A DNA stretch of 63,991 bases, filler included, from Cercozoa sp. M6MM (taxonomy: Eukaryota > Protista > Endomyxa: Ascetosporea), in NCBI GenBank assembly GCA_040357565.1. It is 13 parts of 13 records of this genome, joined end to end, with 100 filler letters (N's around TTAATTAATTAA, not from the genome) between each part and the next. Parts side by side here need not be neighbours in the genome. Positions count along the whole stretch, not along the records: positions 1 to 9,289 come from JBDODJ010000489.1; positions 9,390 to 12,328 come from JBDODJ010001668.1; 11 more parts are not named here. One strand, 5' to 3'. This document shows, piece by piece, positions 1-11,765 of this stretch (its first letter is position 1; each line of letters starts with the position of its first letter). A program made the position numbers and the translations under genes. The notes under the pieces are model-generated. The model was not told where the DNA came from and ran no database searches. It worked only from the letters and a program-made list of their open reading frames with translations.

Positions 1-53
<53 letters not shown>

Positions 54-387
54 TACGTTGGGAGGATGTCTTCCTCTGTGCCCATCAGATCGAGAGGATG
101 GAGAACGAATTGAAGCGACGGAGAACCCAAGGCACCGCAGGCGCCACGAACTAACCCTTGAGCTCTTTTTACACTATAGTTGCTATCCCACTGGGTCAAA
201 TATCGTTAATGTGCAGTACATTGGTTCATTGATAAAACGGTCGGGCTCGTGTGGTCCATTCGGACCGCCACAGGACAGTGGGCGATCATAAGTTGAGTGA
301 CGTTGTCAACATCGCCTGTCGCGCAGCCCAAGCATACCTGTCGATACGTGGCGCCGTGTGCTCAACTCAGACACTCTGCACCTGGCG

Positions 388-2712
388 ATGAGTCTGTCGA
401 TCCGCGAGGCGCTTGCCGGCCAGACGCTGTTCATCACGGGCTGCACTGGCTTTGTGGGCAAGGTGTGAGACACTTTGCTTGTTGCCTTCCGTCTCCCTTG
501 TCTCCGTGTTCCTGGAGCTGATGTGCTGCTGTCCTTGTAGGTCGTGCTGGAGAAGGTGCTGCGTAGCGTGCCGGATATTAAGCAGGTGTGTCAACTCCAC
601 GTGCGTAGTGTTGTTTTACTTTTGGATGTGTGCGTCTGCTGTTGCGACAGGTCTTTATCCTCGTGCGTCCGCGCAAGAACGTCACGGCCGATGTGAGTTA
701 ATTGGTCAGGCATGTGTCCATGTGTACCGTCCAGTGTGTCCATATATTCCGTCCAATGTGTCCCTCGTGTGTGCAGGAGCGTCTGGCCAAGATCTTTGAC
801 TCGCAGATCTGGGAGCGTCTGCGCGAGGAGCGGCCCGACTTTGACGAGTGGTGGAAGACCAAGGTGTCTCCTGCTTTACTCCCTTTGCCTCTTTGCCCCC
901 TTTACCCTTTCGCACAGGTGTTTGCGGCGCCGGGCGACGTCGTGCTGCCGAACGCCGGACTCAGCGAGGCCTGGCAGCAGCGCTTCCGTGACGAGGTGGC
1001 TACACACACATGCACTCATGCACTCACTCGCGTGTCCGCGCGGACATCGACCCAGCTGACCTGACTGGTAGTTTGTGTGTGTGTGTGTTTGTGCAGGTCA
1101 ACATGGTGGTGCACTGCGCCGCTACGATCGACTTTGACTGCCGCCTGGATCTCGCCGTGCAGCTCAACGTTATGGGCCTGCTCGGCCTCATGGTAGGTCT
1201 CCCCCCCCCCCCCCGTACCCCTTTACCCTCCCTTACTCCCTTGGGCAGAACCTCGCCTCGCAGTGCCGCGACATGCGTGCCTTTGTGCACACGGTAGNNN
1301 NNNNNNNNNNNNNNNNNNNNNNNNNNNNNNNNNNNNNNNNNNNNNNNNNNNNNNNNNNNNNNNNNNNNNNNNNNNNNNNNNNNNNNNNNNNNNNNNNCCC
1401 CCCCCCCCCCCGTCCGGCAGGAAGGTGTACCCACTCGAGTTCGACATCGACCGGTGGCTCGAGGACGTCAAGAAACTCACACCGGCGCAGCTGGACAAGG
1501 ACGCCATTCGCGAGACCGGTACAGATGGACCTGTATAGACATGGACCGGACCTGTACAGATATGGACTGTAAGATATGGGCTGTACTTTTGGACCGTACA
1601 TATGGACCGTGTAGGCATGCTGCATGGTTTCCCGAACACGTACTGTCTCACCAAGAACGTTGCCGAACAACTCGCTCTCCGCAAGGTTGGTTTACCCCCT
1701 CCCCTTGCCCCCTTACCCCCACCCCCCCCCCCCCCCCGTGCAGGTTGGTGAGACGGGTCTGCCGTTCTCCATTGTGCGCCCGTCGATGGTGGGCGCCGCC
1801 GTCGAGGAACCCGTGCCTGGCTGGTACTTGCTTTTGTGGGGGGAGTAAGAGGGGTATTAGGGGATAAGAGGGTCTATTGGGAAGAGGTGTATTGGGTAAG
1901 AGGGGGTAAAGCTACCTGTTTTGGCAGGGTGGATGCCATCGCTGCCGTGGGCGCCGGCGTCTTCTTCGCGGGAGTGGGCTTCCTGCGCATCCTGCACGGC
2001 AACCCGGAGAACCTGTCGGACATTGTGCCGGTGGACCACGTGGCCAACACGCTGCTGCTGAACCTGGCCGTGACGTCGCAGAAGCACGCGAGCTGCCGGC
2101 AGCGCCAGGTGGCCTACAAGAGCACCGACGTGACGGTGCTGCACGCTGCCACTTCGGGCAGTGACAACCCCACCACGTGGTACCTGCCTGCCTGCCTGTC
2201 TGCCTATCTATCCACCTGCCGAAATGGATCTAATGTATACGTGTTAATGTGGAGATAATATATATATATATATATATGTATATGTTTATATATATATATA
2301 TAGGTGTATATTTGTATATTTGTAATGTGTTTATGTATCTGTGTTTGTGTATATGTGTATATCTGTATACATAGGGGCCACTCGCTGCGCGCGCTCGAGT
2401 ACTTCCAGGCCTCGCCGATGAGCAAGGCCATCGCGTGGCCGCACGTCATCTTCATCGGCAATCAGCGCGTCTACGAGGGCCTGTTCCACCTCATGTACCG
2501 CGCGCCCAACGCCGTGCTGCAGCGCCTCGCCGACTCCAAGCTCGTCGGCAACGAGGTTACTCCACCCACTCCTCCCCTTACCCCCCTCTTGCCTTGCCTC
2601 CACTTACCCGCCCCCTCCCTGCACAGGCCATGCGAAAGAAGGCGCAGCTCATGAGCAAGGTGATCGACAAGCTGCACGCCTTCATGTACGCATACAAACT
2701 CTGTGTGTGTGT

Positions 2713-2743
<31 letters not shown>

Positions 2744-2832
2744 TGTTGTTTGTGTTGTGGACAGGCGCGCCTTTGATTTCTTTGTGCGACATGAGTGGGT
2801 ATAGTGATACATACATATACACATATACATAT

Positions 2833-2887
<55 letters not shown>

Positions 2888-3476
2888 CATTATACACTGT
2901 ACTGTTGTACGTGCACACTTTGTGGTGCCGCAGGCCTACGACGTGAGTGTGCGCACCGCCTACGACAGCGAGCTTTCGGTATCACTGTCGGCATACCTGT
3001 GTATATAGATATATATGGGGATGACGGTTACTCTCTTTGGGCTGCCTGTGTGTAGCCGGTGGAACGTCACGTGTTCGGCACCTCGCTCACGCACATGGAC
3101 TGGCTCATGTACACCCGCCCTCTGTCACACATACACACGCACACACCCATATATGTATATATATATCGACATGCAATATGTGACAGGTACATGAAGTGCT
3201 TCTGCCACGGCATGGCCACCTTTGTCGTCAAGGACGCCACGCCCTTCTCGGCCGTCTACAAGCGTCCCAGCGGCTTCCAGGTCTCTCTCGCTGTGTTTCC
3301 TTGTCTCCCTGCCTGCTCTGTCTGGTCAATCCGACTATCTTGTGCCTCACTCGATTTGTGTGTCTTTGCGACAGGGCGTGTCGCCCGCTCTGCTGCGCAC
3401 GCTGGAGCTCGCCGTGCCGGGCGTCTACAGCAACCGCCGGCCCGTGCAGACGCACAAGCTGCGTGCGCGACTCTAG
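388..3476 (+). CDS. FAR: Fatty acyl-CoA reductase (alcohol-forming, NAD_binding_4 + Sterile domains), at least 17 introns, C-terminal PTS1 (-ARL)
   Basis: Spliced product MSLSIREALAGQTLFITGCTGFVGK|VVLEKVLRSVPDIKQ|VFILVRPRK... contains the Rossmann TGxTGFVGK motif, VVHCAATIDFD, catalytic FPNTYCLTK (YxxxK), IVRPSMVG, EPVPGWVD, DIVPVDHVAN and FDFFVRHEW. It ends KLRARL-TAG. An N-gap at 1298-1397 hides part of the gene. Confidence 0.95.
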
Positions 3477-4990
3477 ATTGGACCGTCGCGCCCTCGTCTG
3501 GCGAGATTTTAGACCTGTTGCGTCGCGTTGTAACCTAACCTATACGGATGCGGTAAAGATAAGCACTTGACAGACCAACGGCCGTGACTGTATGGCGTCC
3601 GGGTATTGCTCGAGGATTTTCGCCATGCATTCTCTTCTGCCAGCTTTTTTGCGTGGCACTATCCAAAAGTACGTATGCGCACGAGATCACAAAACGAAAC
3701 ATCACCGAAAATTCACTTGTACGGGTACGTAGCGTACTCCTCGCATTGCTCGATCAACCATGCAAGATAAACTTGTCGTTGCAAGGGCACCACGGACAAG
3801 GCCTAACTTTTGGCGAAAACTGGATAGGGATCTAATGTGACCGAGACTCCAGAGAAGGCGATAGGCTCGCGAAAGGTCTACCCACGATCTTTTACTGCGT
3901 CATTATGTATCTTAAATGAGCATTTACCCCCCCCCCCCCGCCCCTTACTCCCCTTTACCCCCACCCCCCTAACTCCTACCCCTACCCCCTACCCCCCCAG
4001 AACTTCAAAAGTGGTCGAAATACCTTGAGCGTCGACCCCGATGCGTTTAGTTGGAGGATACTCAAACAAGGATGCAGTACTCAGTCGGCTCGTGCTTAAA
4101 CAGGTAACGGCCGAATACTTGCTATACTTCCCCTCTGTCTTCTGCGAAAACGCAAGTCAATCCCAGCTTTCTATTTTACCGACGCACTTGAAAATTATCG
4201 GGACCTCAAGCTCTGCGCGTTCGTTTCCTGCTCCTATAAAATACAGTCAAACAATCACTACTATGACTTGGGGTTGCGAACTCAAGTGACTCGGAATAGC
4301 CTGACGACAACGAGGGTGAAGATCGAGTGTCAGTGTCGTTTGACATCCTTATGTACCTCGTCGATCGGATTACACGCCTCGTGCAAGTGATGTGCTTCTA
4401 CCGACTGCCGAGGGAATCCATATGTTCATCAGTCGCGCTTGGATGCTGTCCTCGCTGACTTGAAGATCGTGTTTCCGTCTCCGTTCCTCGGTTTGAAACG
4501 ATGCCGAAGCTTCATTTCTCGCGGCATTTCATACAGCAAATTCTATTTTTCGGCGGCGCGTGGATATTCAACAACCGGGTTCGTTCAGTTTCGACCACAC
4601 GCCCTCTTGTGCTGTATTATTGTGCAGTGAACTACGTCTTCGATTAGGTAGCGTTCCGTTTCTGCGTAGCGATTAACGTAATAGGCGACGTACGGTAGGT
4701 AGACGCACAGAGGTTTCACATGACCTGCGCATAGACAACGCCATTGAATAGTCAAGTAACTTAGTAACTACACTACACTACACGTGGTGCACTTTCGCAC
4801 TATCAATCGATCGGATATTTCTTGCATGCGTTGATTGATGAGTCGCCTTGCACTGGCACAAGACACCTCACCAACCATCGATATCGATCAGTCCGGTCAC
4901 GACGCGACAGATAGCCGGGAGCGGTGGCAAACGAACCCGGATGGTCAGACCGGAGCGACAACCACCCTGCTCGATCAGGTTATTGCGCAT

Positions 4991-5141
4991 CTACATGGGC
5001 TGCGGCCAGCCCTTGGTCGAATACTGCGGCTTGTCGACGAAGCGACGACCGCGCGGCAGAACGACGGCACGCGTGTAGCCGTAGGTGAACACAGCGGCAC
5101 CAGCCACGAACAAGCTGGGGCGCTCGAGCGGCGAAGGCTTC

Positions 5142-5209
<68 letters not shown>

Positions 5210-6888
5210 ATACACAAGAATACATGTAAGGAGTCAGTGCGAGGAGAGATACCACTTTATCGTACAGGAAGGCGAACAGCACCGAAGCGAGCAGTGCGCC
5301 GAAGAAAGCACCACACAGGTGAAGCTGCAGAGTTTAACACGAAGCAACGAATATCGCATCAAGAGCATCGCATCCATAATAACAATGCGGTACGGCAGTC
5401 GTACCTTGAGCGACGAGGCACGCGGAGTAGGCCGCACGCGCTCCAACTCGGCCAGTTCCGACGCCTGGACCTCACCTAGCAGGATGTCGATTGCGTCCTG
5501 TGCCTCTCCGTCGCAAAGGTTGTTCATGTAGTAACGGCGCAGCGAATTGACACCGTCCTGCAGTGCACCTGCACACCTCAGGGTAAACACAAAAGTAGAC
5601 CAGAGAAAACATCAGGAGAGTACCAGCGATGCTGCGCTTGCCAGTGCGCGTGAAATCCGTCTTGAGAGCCGGAGTGCCCGAGTACTGGATCGACATGGCG
5701 TCGGCGTTGTCGGCCCATAGGTTGCGGAACGTGCTCTCCACGCTTGCCTCGAATGCCGTGCTGCAGAGTGAACATCATGTACAGCAGGCATGCATATAAC
5801 GAAAGATACGAGGACTTGTTCAACAGTTCGTCCAGACCGAGTTGCTGCAGCTGCACGCGCAGGACGCGACGCGCGAACATGGACTGCACGACGTTCGTGC
5901 GGTCCAGATTGTCCATGCAGTTGACACGGAAGACACCTGTATGACACATGCAATGAAGAACGATGGATAGACACTGAGGGACCAAAACATAAACGCACCA
6001 GACTGCGTGTTCTGAACAGTCCACGTGTTTTGCTCAAACGTGGCCTCGAACGCACCCAGACCTGAAACAGGCACAGCATATCGAGGGAACTAGTCGCTTG
6101 TCCCTCAGTGTGGCGTAGCAAGAGTACGCGCGAACTCGTTGTCGACGCGCGCCACTAGCTTGTCCAGGTTGTGCCACTGCATGCGACGACACTCGTGGTG
6201 GAAGTCGAACGCCTCGTAGCGCAGACGCTTTGTCAGCGCGCTAACGTCGGCCTTGCTCGTGGCCTGACCGCATCCATTCGGACTTACATATTATATGTTA
6301 TTTGTATACATGCCTACCTCCTTGTCGTCATCGACACAGCAACGGCGTGTAGCGTCTTGGTATGCCTACACGCGGTGTGTTTTTCCTGACGAGGCAGGCG
6401 AAGCTAGCTACCTTCTCCAGCTTGGCCTCGCCGCCGTTCTGGTTGACGAGGTTCACGCAGACCTGGTCGCCGTACACCTCCATCTGCTCGGCAAAGTGCG
6501 CCACAAAGGCGGCGTCCGTGGCACGTGCCGCGCGCGCACTCGTCGAGTCACCGCCTACCAGAGACAACGCATAGACACGAGTCCATCACAGGACGCAAGG
6601 CTGTTGTGCTGTACCGCCCTGGATGCGGATAGTCGGCTTGTACTTGAGATCGCACAAGTGAGTCCAGAACACCGGGATCGAACCGCGCGTCTGCACGAAC
6701 GAGAAGACACTGCGAGCAAGACACACAAGAGAAATACAAAAGGATAAGGAGCGCAGCATCAGCACATGTATTGGAACTACCGTTGCGTGTCACCCTCGGT
6801 ACGACACACAAGCTGCTCGGTCTCGACAAAGTTCGACACGCGTCCCTCGCGGTCCAGGCCACGCGACGTAAATCGCTGCACACACACG

Positions 6889-6927
<39 letters not shown>

Positions 6928-7552
6928 AGATGCAAAAGAGTATGACGACTGGTCGCAAACCTTGCCCTGGCGGAAGCGCGAGCGGCGCGAAAAGAGCGTC
7001 AGCTGCGTGTCGGCGTTCAGCGTGACCGTTTCCACCTGTCCGAAATGAAAGACACACGTTTTCTGTCAGTGTATGGTTTGTGTAAGGCTAGTGGTACAAG
7101 GCCATTGATGAGCGGCGCGAAAAATACGTCGGCGGACTCGTTGTCACTAAAGTCGGTCACCATGTGTGCGTTCCACACAAAGCGCGTGTCCACGTGCTTC
7201 CAGGCCACCTTGCCCCTGTGTTCCCCATCCAAACACACACACAAGTTGGCCAGAAGGATTTGTGGCAATCAAAGGAAAAATAGATGGATAGAGATAGAGA
7301 TAGAGATAGAGAGAGAGCACGCGTCGAGCAGTCCAAGCTGCGCCAGTCGCTGCGTCGCGTGCGACAGGTCAAGCGTGCGGCACATCTGCTCGCATTAATG
7401 CGGGTTGATTAGGAGTGCTTGTGCAGTGTGGACATCCGAGAATGAGCTGGGTTGGATTGTACAAAGAACTCGCTGGTCGACAGTAGCTGGGACAGCATGT
7501 TTAGCAGTTTCTGCTCGCTGTGTCACAACGGAAAAGCATAAACACAAACACA

Positions 7553-7605
<53 letters not shown>

Positions 7606-7705
7606 NNNNNNNNNNNNNNNNNNNNNNNNNNNNNNNNNNNNNNNNNNNNNNNNNNNNNNNNNNNNNNNNNNNNNNNNNNNNNNNNNNNNNNNNNNNNNNN
7701 NNNNN

Positions 7706-7753
<48 letters not shown>

Positions 7754-8330
7754 GAGACATGCAGAGTGTTGCGTACCGACGGCGATCAGCACTCGACGGC
7801 AAGTCCGCGTGCAGCGGCTTGGCACTCAATGGCACAAGCGAGATGCCGCCTATTCAGATATAGGCATAGATGCAACAATTTCTTAAGAGTGGGAGGACAG
7901 ATGCAGTACCAGAAGGAATTCGGAGCACCTCATGCTTGCCCAGCACGGTGGCATGCGGCACGACACGCTCTACCACCTGTATACACCGGTATATGTTAAC
8001 AGGGCAGCAGCACACAAACAAGGTGCCTCACGCACTGTATACCACAAGGTAAAGACCACGCTGAAGCGTCAGAACACCGCCCAAAGCAGCAATCTCTTGC
8101 GAGTACGCCGCGGCCTTTTCTTCCGGCGACAGCGGCATCTCGTCCTGCAGTGTTGAGCATTAGCTGAGCATTAGCTGCACTGTCTACACACACACACAAA
8201 ACAGACTTACGGCTGCGAGGTCGATCTCTTGGAACTCAAGCTTCTGGCCACCGATGCGCGGAAGCACAAGACACTTACGCGCGGACGAGTCAACCGCCAC
8301 GAAGCGACCCGGCAAGGTGAACAGCTGCAT
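4991..8330 (-). CDS. SAC1: SAC1-family phosphoinositide (PI4P) phosphatase, multi-exon
   Basis: Exons give [17 protein letters not shown]|[21 protein letters not shown], the catalytic [16 protein letters not shown] (CX5RT), [49 protein letters not shown], then hydrophobic C-terminal segments and GRRFVDKP. Confidence 0.95.
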
Positions 8331-8576
8331 TCTACTCTGTCTTAGTCACTCCTGATACCACAGTGGTTGGCACACAGAGCCCGAAAACTAATACGGGTGA
8401 CGTACAGTCGTCTGGCCAGCGATTGATTTAAGGGGATTCTACTGTAGATCTGTTCAAGCGGCTCAGAATCCGTACATATTGTATTCTTCATTGGCTCCGA
8501 GATTTTGTGTCGATGTTTTTGACAGCACAGAAGTTACTTTGAGATTTTAAGAACAGCCAATGAGCATCTGCCACCT

Positions 8577-9034
8577 TTAAAGCGATTCGAAGTTCTGCAA
8601 TCGGAGACGCGAAAAGAAAGCTGGCGCCTGCAGATTTATAAACTTGAACAACTGAGCAGGCAGGAACGAGTTGCAGAAAAAGTATACCTCTTGCAGCTGT
8701 TCTCTTTTCTGGATGATTTGGAACCAATCGCGCTCTAACGCAACTTTCACCTGAATAAAAAGCAACATTTCACTGCTGCTGACGTCGTTTCGTAGCAACT
8801 GTCATACCGCTGGACTGAGACAGATGTCATTGCAGTTCGTTTCAATAGTTCGGGGTGTGCGTTTTTCAATTTGTTGCAGGATTCCTGCACGAATAGTAGA
8901 CTATATCCAACTAGAATAGAAATACGTACGCGACACAGGTTTAAAAACTGGCTTACGGTCATCGGTGAGCTGTGTGATATCTTCAGGGCTGCGTGTCGTA
9001 TGGTCGAGGCGCAATCGCTCGAGATTCTTCGCAC
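8577..9034 (-). CDS. Hypothetical protein, 3' exons only
   Basis: Four exons join in frame across GT-AG introns (...AKNLERLRLDH...ALERDWFQIIQKREQLQE|APAFFSRLRLQNFESL*). The 5' end is lost at the scaffold end. Confidence 0.45.
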
Positions 9035-9060
9035 TGGACACATAAAAAAGATTAAATAGA

Positions 9061-9287
<227 letters not shown>

Positions 9288-9289
9288 TT

Positions 9290-9389
9290 NNNNNNNNNNN
9301 NNNNNNNNNNNNNNNNNNNNNNNNNNNNNNNNNTTAATTAATTAANNNNNNNNNNNNNNNNNNNNNNNNNNNNNNNNNNNNNNNNNNNN
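9290..9389. other. Artificial scaffold-concatenation linker N44-TTAATTAATTAA-N44 (first of 12; others at 12329, 14788, 18156, 22800, 23951, 39025, 45723, 47857, 50825, 59488, 61977)
   Basis: Identical 100-nt blocks carry a palindromic six-frame stop cassette, and genes are truncated at them. Confidence 0.98.
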
Positions 9390-9408
9390 CCCCCGGTCTA
9401 CCCCGCAG

Positions 9409-11322
9409 CTGATGGCGGAGTTGGACGAGATGAAGCGCGACATCGACTACGAGGCCGGGCCGCTGCCGACGCTGTGGCCAGAGCATCCGCGCGGACGACA
9501 GTCGCTCAACTGGCTGCGCGATCCGCGCGTTTCCTCACTGCGACGCGAGCAATGTCCCCTTAACTTTACCCCATCACTTTACCCCTCACTTACCCCCCCT
9601 GCAGACTACGAAGAGGTGACGCTGGAGCCTGGCACGTTTTCGGCCGTACCGGCCGAGTTTGAGCTGTTCGGTATTGTTGTTGTTTGTTGTTGTTTGTTGT
9701 TAATTGTTTGTTGTTGTTTTTGTTTGTTGTTGTTGTTTTTTGTGTGTTGTTGTTTTTTGTTTGTTGTTGTTTTTTGTTAATTGTTTGTTGTTGTTTTTTG
9801 TTAATTGTTTGTTGTTGTTGTTGTTTTTGTTTGTTGTTTTTTTGTTTGTTGTTGTTGTTTTGTTGTTTGTTGAATTGACTTGTTGTATTTCTCGGCGCAG
9901 CGCGCAAGAAGAAGAGCGAGCAGACGGCAGAGGCGGAAGTGTCGGCGACGTCCGCGCGGCTGCTGTCGGTTAAGGAGGCGCTCAGCGCGGAGTACGACGA
10001 GGCGCGCTCCAACGCCTTTGCATTGGCTGCGTACTGGTAGCGCCATTTTACCCCCCTCTTTACCCCCCCCATTTTACCCCCCATTTTACCCCCCATTTTA
10101 CCCCCCTCTTTACCCCCCTCTTTACCACCCCATTTAACCCCCCTCTTTACCCCCCTTTTACCCGTCCCCCAGGGTCGGTCCACGGCACCTGCACCGCGTG
10201 CAGCAGCGGACCAAGGCACCGCGAGCGCCGAGCCGAGACAAGAGGGCGACCGGGGAAAACAACAAGAAAAACAACAAGAAAAACCACAAGAAAAACCACA
10301 AGCAGGGCGACGCGACGCGCATGAAGCACAACGTGTCGAAACTCACGGCCGACATTGCCGTGGCTGCTGAGTCGGTAGGCTCGTTTTACCCCCCCCCCCT
10401 TTTACCCCCACCCGCCTCCATGACCCCCACCCCACCTATTACCCCCCATTTAACCCCCCATTTAACCCCCCATGGTACCCCCATTTACCCCCCCGCCCCG
10501 CAGGTGAAAGAGCCGCGCCCACAGCCGCACAGCTACCTGCACGCGGCGCGTTTCTCCATCGACCGCGAGGACGACGACGAGAAGCAGCCGCAGCCGGAGA
10601 AACAACAAGCGCCGCCAAAACAACAAGCGGCGGACGGCGCCGAGGCCACGTCCGCGCGGCCGAAGCGCGGTCGGCGCGACTTCAAGAAACGCAGTCGCGG
10701 CGGCCGGCGCAGTCGGCAGTTCCGCGCGGACGCCAGGACCGTCGCCGCAACCGTCGCCGCTGTCGCCGAAACCGTCCGCGCGGAAGCCGTCCCTGCGGAA
10801 ACCGCCGCCGCGGAAACCGTCCTCGCGGAGACCGTCGTCATCGGTGTCGAAACCGTCCGCGCGGAAGCCGTCCCCGTGGAAGCCGTCCGCGCGGAAACCG
10901 TCATTGACGCCGAAACCGTTGCCAAAACCGTTGCCGCCACCGTTGTGGCCGAGCCAGTGGCCGAGCCGGCCGTTGTAGCCACCGTTGACGCCGACAGCTC
11001 GGCGGCGACGGCGCGCGCTCCGCGCGGAGGCCGCAAGAAACGCCTTCCGCGCGGACGCGCCGATCGCAGTGCGCGCTGGCGCAAGGCCACTGGCGACATT
11101 GACGACGCCGCGCCGTCCGACCAGCCCAAACAGGCCGCCGAAAAGCCCCGCTCGCATCCGCGCGGACGCCGCAAGAAACCGAAGCAGGCGCAGGCCGAGA
11201 AAACCGAGAAAACCGAGGAGCCGGAGCAACAGAAACCGGAGAAACGCCGTTTTCGACGCAAGCCGCCTCGCAACAAGACCAAGACTATGACGGAAGAGCC
11301 TGCCAAGAACTCTAAGGATTAG
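9409..11322 (+). CDS. 3' part of a gene with a long basic, low-complexity C-terminus (nucleolar-like; weak resemblance to the RRP6/EXOSC10 tail)
   Basis: GC-rich exons are separated by C-rich and (GTT)n introns. The tail is K/R-rich with ETVRAEAVP repeats and stops at 11320-11322. The family guess is tentative. Confidence 0.55.
9673..9872. repeat. Degenerate (GTT)n intronic microsatellite
   Basis: Directly visible; lies between the GT at 9671 and the AG at 9900. Confidence 0.9.
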
Positions 11323-11765
11323 TTCTGAGTCTGTTCGCGGACACTCGCGCTTTAAATTGACTAGATCAGCGACCGAAAAGTATGTGTCCAAAAGCCGGAA
11401 ATATGGACTGGGCCAACGGTGAAAATTAAGAGAATAGGCTTGCGCGAAAAAGCCAGAACCGACTCGGCACACGTTGCTCACTCGCTCGGTCAGCAGTGCA
11501 CCGAGCCAGACATAGAGAAGATTCTCCGCACGCATCGTACAGCGGATATCGTTTTTTTTGGTTTTTGTTTCAAGCAGAACTGATTGCAAGGTTGTCCGCG
11601 TTTTGTTGTGTCGTTTTGCCTGTTGCTGGTGTTTGAATAACGTCCTGTCGCTCTCAGTTTGGAAGCCGCTGCGAGGTTTGCGTTTGTTGGCGGCTAGTAG
11701 GTGTCTGGCCTCCCCACTGCCCGATGTGAGTGCCAGAGGTTGATGTGTGTGGCCGTGGCAGAGTG

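Noticed and set aside
9334-9345. Recurrent palindrome TTAATTAATTAA as a biological repeat or recombination site
   Set aside because: It is always centred in identical N blocks and supplies stops in all six frames, so it is an assembly linker. Clustering of genes across these linkers is also meaningless.
10462-11589. 375-aa antisense ORF (also 60071-61189 and alternative frames at 21199-22851)
   Set aside because: These are shadow ORFs of GC-rich, repetitive sense exons, with no independent motifs.
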